Source of the DNA: Fimbriosthenelais zetlandica
Taxonomy: Eukaryota
Direction of reading: 5' to 3'
Length of the DNA: 64,000 nt
NCBI GenBank assembly: GCA_977030845.1
Contig: OZ365116.1
Coordinates: 16,244,001-16,308,000 of the forward strand
Numbering within the stretch: position 1 is the first letter of the stretch; each line of letters starts with the position of its first letter. The notes below the pieces were generated by a model, which made no database searches, was not told where the DNA came from, and saw only the letters and a program-made list of their open reading frames with translations. The translations under genes and the position numbers were made by a program. This document shows positions 51,603 to 60,910 of the stretch, piece by piece.

Positions 51603-51641
51603 ACTTACCTAAAGGCAGAAAAAGACAGAAATACTTCATTA
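51603..51641 (-). other. Candidate recursive splice site (ratchet point), junction 51609/51608
   Basis: Minus strand reads TTAATGAAGTATTTCTGTCTTTTTCTGCCTTTAG|GTAAGT: a complete acceptor directly abutting a perfect donor, in the sense orientation of the GRIK gene. Confidence 0.45.
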
Positions 51642-54559
51642 ATGGCATACAGACTCTATAAACATGGATGTTATTGGTCATTAAAAACTCACATAAAAAT
51701 GGAAAGAGCGCTAGAAGGCCAGAAAAACGATAAAGACAGGCACAAGAAAATATTTAAATGAGCATGACGGCATGTCACGTGACAGAGTTTATTGGGCAAA
51801 TGGGATTGATATTCCGTTTTAATAGATTGTATAGGTCATCATCCTATAGGATGAATACAGTTTTAATAACATTGGTTTTGAAACCTGCACTATAAGCCTA
51901 TGGTATCTGTGAGTAATACCGACTTTCTGTGAATTCTATAGCCTTGCAGCTAAGGCACACATGTGATATGTGATAAATTATTTGTCCTTAAGTGGAGTGG
52001 TGTATTGATGAGGTGGCCTGGAGGTAAATCCATCTCAGCTCTACCAACATACGCCAGCTTTTTATTGTGTGAACCCAACAATACAGACAATAAATCACTC
52101 TAAGACACTTGGAGGCCATAAACAAAATCTTCAGACCCTCTGAACTGTTACATTTTATTTATGCATGTCTTGGTATAATTATAACACATAGACTAGCGGG
52201 GGGAGTTACCCATGCAGGTTAGAGCATTAACTCATTGAAAAGTTGCTCTGGACCAGGAGGTTGGTGGTTCTAAGACCGAGCAGTGCATACCTGCACGGTG
52301 CCCCTTCACTGCCTCCCTTCATTTGCTACTGCTTTTCATACAGAGACCAAATAAGAAATGCACATAGAAAAAACCGAAGCGGAAGGCAAGTGATTTGGTA
52401 TAGCCTGAACCTGCAGCTAAAAAATCTAACATGTGTGAGAGAAGTATTTCCTATTTGAGCCGTGATTTAGTGTAGGCGCCTATAGGTGCAGTATTCAGTC
52501 ATAATGTATGGAGTGTAGGCATGTAACAATATTCCATCCATCACACATGATGACAAACAATAACGTGTGGCACACGCCACCCCTGATCCGCAATCTCTAC
52601 TGATCACAGGGTGTTAGCATAATACTCTATACCTCTCCCCACCACACACACTCTCTCAACTCTCTCTCCCAATCCTCTGCCAATGCAAAACATGACAAAT
52701 TGAGATGATTGAAATCAGAGAATATCCGAGTTATACCATCTAACTCAAAACGATTGGTCTGGAATATCACCAGGACATTTAAGACACTGAATGCTTTTGT
52801 ATTACACCGAATGAGATGTTAAAAGGTAAATTACATTTGAAACATGGGAAGTGTCAAAAGGCTTGAGAAATGGGAGAGAACATAGGAAAGGAAAAGAGCG
52901 CGAAAAAAATAATAGAAACAAGAGATAATGAAAGAGCATCTGAGAGAGACAGGATGGAGAGGGAGGAAGCAACACACAGGAGAAGTACCTGAAAGCTCAC
53001 GTCTCAGACATGCCGCCATTTTCATAAAATGTCATGATCAAGAGCAATTTCATGTGTACCACAAATTACGTTTCTGTCTGTAGTATTTCAATATTGAAAT
53101 GAAAGGCATGTACCTGTCTGAACAACAAATATAATACTCATTACTTGGCATTAGAAACTTCCTAAACGTCAAAACATACATTCAATGCATGTGTACCTTT
53201 TACTCAATAGAAAAATCATATCGTTGAGAATAGCTTTTCTTGATTTATAACCTATTTTTTAGGCTCACCACATATGTGTGGGGCGTATGTTGATGAGCTG
53301 GAGGGAAGGAGGTGGTGGTATATTTCTATAGATTTATATATAATTCATACTTGGTGACAGGACCTCCAACACATTGAAGGGGAAGTGAAAGAGGGGACAG
53401 AGAGGACAGAGGTATAGGTGTGAGATGGAGGTGGAGTGAGGGAGGGAGATGGGGACCTATGCTTTAACACTTCCTCCATCACATCCTGCTTAGCTATAAC
53501 TACATGTATCCTTCCGCAGTTCCGCAGTTAAGCTTTCGGTGGAAAAGTGCGACACATGTCTATATATTGCCTTCTACAGGCTGTGTGCTTCCCCTAATTC
53601 CTTCCCTCTTTTCCCCTACCCTCACAGACATCCCCCCTTCTGTCCTCAACACCATCTCTTTGATGGCAGGCTGGTCCCGACAACCTGTCACATGGCCTCA
53701 CACCACATGACCTGGCTGGATCACATGATACCAGTGAAGCCCTCTGATTGGTTGTTTTTTTTAGGGATATCAGACGTACCACTTCATTTCTTAACGTGTT
53801 TTTTATGCTTGTAGATGACCACTTTGACACCTGGGCACGTTCAATATTTCACATGCTATGATATTGCACTTTTATATTACATCATTGAGAAGTCATTGCC
53901 CTGGTTCCTATATATGTAGGTGCGTGGATAAATGAGTGTATGTTTAGGGGATGAGTGAGTGAGGAGGGAGCGGCTGTCAGACTGAGTGATTAAGTCAGTG
54001 AGTGAGTGATTTGGATGTAAGGGATTAATTGATGTAACCCAATATAAAGATGTCTCGCGTGTATATCTGAGTGTATGTAATATGACATGACGTAGACCTT
54101 TCTAATAATGTAAGATGATTCCATTCCAGCTGAACATTAGGAAGGAGGCGCTATAGGAGAAGAGAAGGAGGTTGAGCTACAGTTTAACGTGTATGACATT
54201 TGATAGTTTCTAAATGTCATCCTTGCCATGATTACCTCCACTCTATCTTCAATCATTCCTCTTTGCCTTATGTAAATAAAACAAATGACTTTCCCTTAAA
54301 TAAAAGCTGTGGTGGGAGCGGGAGCATGCAGATCGCATTACAATGATAATCATAGCGCACTCGTCCCTTGCCAATCACCATCCTTCACTTCCAAGATATT
54401 CTGCTGCAATAATTATCCTCTTTAATGGAAGCCTAAGAAGTAGCCGCTAAGGATGGGGGATGGCATACAAGACAGTATGTCCAACCCACAAGTCTCCAAT
54501 TCCATATAATGTCTGTTCTTTGAGTTGAAGGGAGGTGGTGTAATTTCCTCCCATTAAGC

Positions 54560-54960
54560 CTGGCCACCTATAACCAGATGTCCAACTACTCATTGAAGTC
54601 TTCCCTTACAGGAGACAAATTAGGTGATGAACACTTGGTGAAATGTCAAGGAAAAAAGCTGGGATCACCAGACATTTGTCAAATAGATTCAGGAAAGTTC
54701 AAACGGATGTGAACATTGTCCACCAAAGGTGAGAATGGTGACATTAAATTTCTGAATCAATCTATTAATTTTATCTCAGTCAGAACCACCTGTCTTCACG
54801 AGGTTTTAAGAGACATAACCTTCGCCTGCTACAGAGGCCTCTTTCCATGTATCCCTGAAGCCAACATTTTCGTAAATACAGTGAGGAATTTTCTTACATC
54901 TGGGTGAACGGATTCAAATCCATGGCCCATTTTTGTTCCACGAAGCTGACAATATCATAA
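54560..54960 (-). mobile_element. Decayed non-LTR (CR1/L2-like) retrotransposon, reverse transcriptase N-terminal part
   Basis: Broken frames give, in the expected order, SVHPDVRKFLTVFTKMLASG / DTWKEASV (cf. GIHPRVLK..LFN..L.SG.FP..WK.A.V), an FR remnant of QYGFR, and AFFLDISPSVHH (cf. AVFLDISKAFDSVWH). Contains frameshifts and stops. Confidence 0.5.
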
Positions 54961-55312
54961 ACCGAGCTTAAACATTCTCAATTTTTAGCACTTCCAAGTT
55001 TCAGGAGTATAACAGCTGTATCGGTGGTCTTGACGAATTTTAACTTAGAACCCTAACCGGCCAACAATGTTGATAATTTCCCAGTGGGTTGGACACAGCC
55101 TCTGGGGTGATGGCCGGCTGAAGTTTAACAAGGAGGTAAATGTCACGCCAAGAAAGGCAAAGTCTCCAAACGTTTTCCATGAATACAAGAGTGTTTCTTA
55201 AAGGTATGAGTGGAACAGGGGACAACGGAAGCTTAAGGCCTGGTTCCATTAGTATGAGAAGAAGATGATAAAGGCTTCAACCTAAGAGGTGTCAATTTTG
55301 GATAGCGAAACT

Positions 55313-55373
55313 TAAGGCCCAATTCAGATGGTTCATACTAGTTAGCTAGAAATAAGGCCCAATTGAGATGGTT
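55313..55373. repeat. Local duplication of a 21-mer with 40-bp period
   Basis: TAAGGCCCAATTCAGATGGTT (55313) and TAAGGCCCAATTGAGATGGTT (55353). Confidence 0.8.
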
Positions 55374-55435
55374 GATTTGTATTTCTGTTGGACCACCGGT
55401 AGCCATGTAGCATGAATGTTATAGAGTAAATGGTT

Positions 55436-55586
55436 CACCTGCTCAGCTGCTCCTGTCAATCAGAGAGCAGCTCAGATTGGTGAGGGCGCGTGCCGCATGA
55501 CCTGGTATGACAGCCCGGTCAGGTGTAACACCTGCCAGGTGTGTAGATACCAGGATGCTCACCTGTAATACAAACTCATACAGGTG
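55436..55586. promoter_or_regulatory. Homotypic E-box cluster (CAGGTG/CACCTG x6, CAGCTG x1)
   Basis: Sites at 55436, 55444, 55520, 55529, 55536, 55560 and 55581. Confidence 0.5.
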
Positions 55587-56098
55587 ATTGCCACTATAAT
55601 GCTGGTCAGCTATTACATGACATTCAATGTACCATCCACCTCACCATGTCCTTCAACATATTGTTTACGATTAGATGGGGTATATAGGAGATACACTAAA
55701 AGAGCATCTGCAAATAGTTTCTTAAGGAAAACTATACAGTTCTTTACATGGCTTCCTGGCAGCCGAGCCTCTAATTATTTTTAGGGTGGAAGTGTTGTGA
55801 AGCAAGGGATGTGTTTGGACAGTCGTAAATCAAAATAAAGACCATTTACGACTTGTCCTTTGCTCTGTAGGAAGTTTTGTGGTAGGAAGAGGGAAGTCCA
55901 GACTTCCTTCCTGCCTTCAGACTCTAAATCAGTGTGTGAGATCATCAGAGGCGGGTGGGCTGGTATCATGCAATATGATTAGGTTTTACATTTTATTTTT
56001 CTAAGGCCCTTTAACAAAACCAACTGAATGGTTTTCTAGACGGTATCTTTGGAAAGATGTTTTGAAGCAGTCTTGAGAGTTATCTTATATTTATACCA

Positions 56099-56112
56099 GT
56101 TTCCATGGAAAC
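56099..56112. promoter_or_regulatory. RFX X-box motif (perfect palindrome)
   Basis: GTTTCCATGGAAAC. Confidence 0.5.
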
Positions 56113-59100
56113 CTTCCTGCCAATACAAACCACTTACACAACCCTGAACCCGGGGCCCCCAGTGCCGAGTCTCCGTTTTAGGAAAAACATCGATGATGAT
56201 GAATAGTTTCCCAGTTAAAACATGGGCCGTGGTCCCCAGCCAAGCTGCAGCTCTAAATTGGAAAGTGAACGCTTCGCCATGAATTAGAAAAATAGGTCAT
56301 GTTTTTAATCAAGAGCGAGTGAAAAAATAATCAGAAATGATTAAAGGAGAAGGGCTGTGGGCTGATTACTGAAATATTGGTCAAGCAATGGAGAGAAGCT
56401 ATCATAAAATAACATTATATATGTGCTTCAATCTAGCAGTGAGACCTGGGGTTAAACTTGGTGAAATTACAATCAAGAGAGGATTCTCAATTCTGCATTG
56501 CCAAGAAATTAATTATATTCCAATTAAGCGTGGTAATATATCTATGGAATGTCTTGGGATATGAAGACCTCAAACTGAGTGGGTCCCTAGCCTTGGTGTG
56601 GATATCTAAAGCTGATGGTTTTAGCTGGTCTGTGGAGAGGGAATGTAGAGAGCCAGGGAATGTGCTGGTCAGCCCCATTCTATACAGGCCTCCAAGCTTC
56701 CACGTATCCATCAATTTGCCAGTCAATGCCATGGTGGCAGTAGGCCAAATTTAGACAGAAGAGTGCTTCTCATCTCTGCCATAAAAAGACCAAGAGAATG
56801 TGTGAAAGAAAAGATGACAGATCACTGGTGTCATTATAGGCAAAGGATGGACCATTCCATGTTTCTCTCATCTCAGTTTCATATCAATATATGGGTCTAT
56901 ATGGAGGTTTTGGCAGTAGAGTAAGATACAGACTTTTAGCCTTGCCCTGGAGGATATTAAGTGTAGGTATATCCATCACTTGGAGGTTCTGGTATAGAGT
57001 GGTTTGTATAGACAGACAATGGGTATGTGTCAAGTCTGGTCAGGTGGAGCATGGTTCACAAACTGTGCTGTGGTGGCAAGAGAAACTGACAACTGGCGCA
57101 CCTCAACATGGAGAGGTAGATGAGGGAGGGACGAGGCGAGAAGGCGAGACAACGGGATCGAGGGATGAAGGGTGAGGAGACTGGGGAAAAAGGATTGAGA
57201 GGCGGACGGCGTGTTAAGACACAAGTGTGACCTTTTTTCGGACAGGGCCTACTCGTTCACAGACATAGGAGTTGGTTCCCAGGAGTTGGCTTAAGTCGCC
57301 TTCTATACACCCGATTATTACAATGTATAAATGCACCTCCCCGTACTTCGGAATGAGAACCAAGGAGGGGAGGAGATATTGAGACTAAGAGGATCAGTAG
57401 CTTATGGCAATTTTAAACGATAAGCCTTCATCAAATACGGGGATCTGTCCAGTAACCGCAATTGACATTTCGGAGGAGAGAAGAATGACTCTTTTATGAT
57501 GCTCAATTTTAATGTGTCGTCGAGGTAGACAAGGTTACAAAAGCCACAAAAAACGAAAATCAAATGTACAGGAAGACAATCCTGATAACAATTACAAAAT
57601 GCTTTTAAGCTCTGTGGTTTGAATTCAGGACTGCTTATAGTGTCGATCAATCAAGTGTCAGTGGGCCTAGATATTCACCTATCAGCCAAAAGATCATAAT
57701 ATGGCAACGGCATGACATTCATGTGAGAAGGTGTTAACAGTATTTTGTATATTCCTGGGACATTCTCAGCTCCTGAGTTGGGTGCGAAACTCTTTTCTCA
57801 ATGCCAAAATACTTGGGAGGCCACGCCACATTCTGTACAACAGTGACATAATGCGTTGCATCCTTTTTATTCAACATTGTCTTTATGGAAGGAATTAATT
57901 AAATTGTTTGACCTTGAGCTCCGGCAATAGTAACTTCTCAGATAATATGTGTACAAATATTCTGTTTGGGGGAATCATTTCACGGGGTTTTAGGTCCTTT
58001 ACAACAGTGTCCTAAATGGTTCAAATTGCCATAATTCACCAGGCGTCAGAGCCAAAATGCAGTGCCATTATAAATGCTATATCTCCCTCCCATTATATGA
58101 CATATCACCCCGGGCTTGTCTCACATGGTGAAACATAAAATACATTGAGTATATGAAAGCTGAGACATCAGAGGGGCATGAATAAAAGGATGAAACATCT
58201 CCGACTCGTGTGTCACATCAGGGACTAATGGAGGAAGTATAAGATAAAGCAAGACGTTTAAAACACTAAAGGTAACAGCTCTTCAGTTCCATTTAGCTCC
58301 ATTTTTAGCTCCCCTCATTTCCCCATCCCTCATTCTTCCCCTTTCTTCCCCCTTCTTGTTTCACCTTTCTCATCAGCAGGCCTCCTCACCCTTCCCCTCC
58401 ATTCTCTTCGCTTCCCACGAACCCGTAACCCCTCAATCAGTCTGGTACACATAATTAGTAATTCATGTTCCGGTCCGCCATCCATCAACAAGGGGCCGCA
58501 TAATACCGTATAATCATAATCATCTGTAGACATAATCAACCAGCCTCTGACATACAATTACTCCATACATAAAAACACAGCGTCTCTTCTTTCCAAGGAC
58601 ATGTTTTTACTGGTATTTTTTAAACAAAGCTCGTGCACATCTGAACATCATTTAAGCCAGGATGCTTATATTATAAGCCACTCAACTAACTTCCACCACA
58701 GGCTTGTGAGTGTGTCAGGTATCTATAGATAGAAGGTTGCCATATAGTTATGTAAGACTAAGATATATTATAAGGGATTAGGCTCTGCTTTTGCCTATTT
58801 GAACCCCATGTAAGGCAGCTCGCAGGTCAGGGTGACTGGGTGGGGATAAGATGGCCTATTACCCCCTGGATCACCCACATGCTATCGCACCCGAGAGATT
58901 ATAGAAGGCCAACTGATCCAAGGTTGTTGGTAGTAGGGGGAGGGGGCCTGGTCACCAGCTGTATAAACTATTAGATCAGATTATTATTTTGACTGAATGA
59001 TGAATTATTTTTTCTATAGCCACGATTTAGCACTATAACCTTGCTCAACCTCTCTTTCTTTCTCCCCCATCATCATTTTAATCAGGATTCTACTATAGAT

Positions 59101-60149
59101 AGTTATGGTGCTATTACAGGTTTGATTCCCCAAGATTTCCTACGGTCTTTGCCATGGGATTCCTGCTTAGATAGTCCTCTATTTTCCACCCATCCTATCA
59201 CTTGAATCCTCCATTCTTATCGACTTAACCACATGTTCCTCTAACTACATTTAACACCTCCTCCCAGCTCACCAACGTAACTTGACATTTAAGTTACTTT
59301 TATTAACACCTTCATATCTAAACTGCTCTTTGATTGCTCCTTATAAAATCACTTGAGCTGCTCCTACCTTTACAAATTGCCACTTGACGACAACCATGTG
59401 CCTCATGTCGAGAGCAGTTTGGAATGGCTCGCATCTGCTCGCTGATAATAAATCACAATAGAGCATGGCCCGGGTATAGAACTCGCGGACCGGCAATTCA
59501 AGAGAAATGCTGGCAGAGCCACTGTATTACTGGTACCCCCTCCCACCTCCCTACACCCACCCACCTACACCAGTGGTATAGCATGGAGTCGATGGTTTAG
59601 GGTTATAATAGCCATTCACTCGGTCTGCCTATTAGGGGTTCAATATCATATAAAATACAGGAGGGATAAACAGATTGGGTTTGTTGAATACTAAATTGCA
59701 CCTTATGAAGTTGACCCCAGTATATGTGATGATGCCTTGTGATTGTGACCTCCTTTATGGCCTGGTATATTGGTATGCGAGTGTATGGACACTCCATTCA
59801 ATAGATGGCCCTGTGATACACCATGCTATGTCACGCGTCAGCTTCACCAAAAACACAACTCTACCAGCCTCATAGTACTACCAGCTATACACTAGTACAT
59901 CTCATACAGCTCTCTCTCCACCCCCGACCCCCCTCCAACCACCCCTGGATCCCCCCATTCACACATTCGTGCATGTGGGAATCAAGGGTGTTGGAATTTT
60001 TGTGTTATGTGTACAACAATTCAGAGACACGATCTTGACATCTGTCAAGGGCCTGTTCAGAATGCATTTCTAAGTTGCCACATGTGCAAGTGTTATATAT
60101 GTATAGCCTATACATGTTTGTATAACAAAACAAGAATGCGAGAGTGAAA

Positions 60150-60243
60150 AGCCGCCTGCCGGAGACCGCTCCGGGTTTGAACCACCAACCTTCAAACCAC
60201 GGACGAGCCCTGGATGAGCCGATGCTCACAACAAGTGAATGAG
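60150..60243 (-). mobile_element. tRNA-derived SINE-like head
   Basis: Minus strand CTCATTCACTTGTTGTGAGC...TTGAAGGTTGGTGGTTCAAACCCGGAGC; B box at 60183-60173. Confidence 0.5.
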
Positions 60244-60796
60244 GACTCACCTTTTGTCCATGCTGCTGCCTTGGATAAAGTGAGATACGGAGGGGAAAAG
60301 AGAGAGAGAGAGAAAGGAAATATCTCTCTCTCCTGGATATGTGGTAGGCTGGGTGTTGGAGCCGTGTATGGGTATATCCAGTCTGTGAGAGCTTCACTGA
60401 GTGACTCGCGGGCACCTGCACGTGTAGCTCACTGCCATCCAGCTGCTTCCCGGCCAGCCTGGTAGGGGGAGGCATCTGACAGGGCACATAGCAGCAAAAC
60501 CCGGGCTCCACACGGCTTATTTCACCTTACAAGAGCTCAAATACTGTCAACACTCACTTTATTTACTGTCTTAAGGAGTCTTAATGGTGTCTTAGGCCTT
60601 ATGAACTCAATTGGAGGATATACAAGCAGTAGCTGGTTCCAGATATGCATTGTGGGTAGTAGCAGATCTCCCCTCTCTCTCGTTTCAGGATTTAGTTTCC
60701 CACCACATACCTCTCTTCCCCCACCCCCAACCACGCCCAATCATTTTGTCATAGCGATCATGATTTGACATTATCAATCTAATGTCGTCAATTATA

Positions 60797-60910
60797 CGTC
60801 ATCACATGACATTAACGTGTCTCCTGATCCCACCCTAACTCAATCGCATGATCTGATGGCGGCTAGTCACGTGACTGGCATGGTTGTGACATCACTTCCA
60901 CTTCCTGTTT
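60797..60910. promoter_or_regulatory. E-box / CRE-like / ETS motif cluster
   Basis: TCACATGAC near 60802, palindrome AGTCACGTGACT (60865-60876), TGACATCA (60887) and tandem ACTTCC / ACTTCCTG (60894-60907). Confidence 0.35.

Noticed and set aside
60005-60511. Longest ORF in the track (168 aa)
   Set aside because: Runs through a SINE-like head and a GA tract, with no recognisable domain or splice framing.
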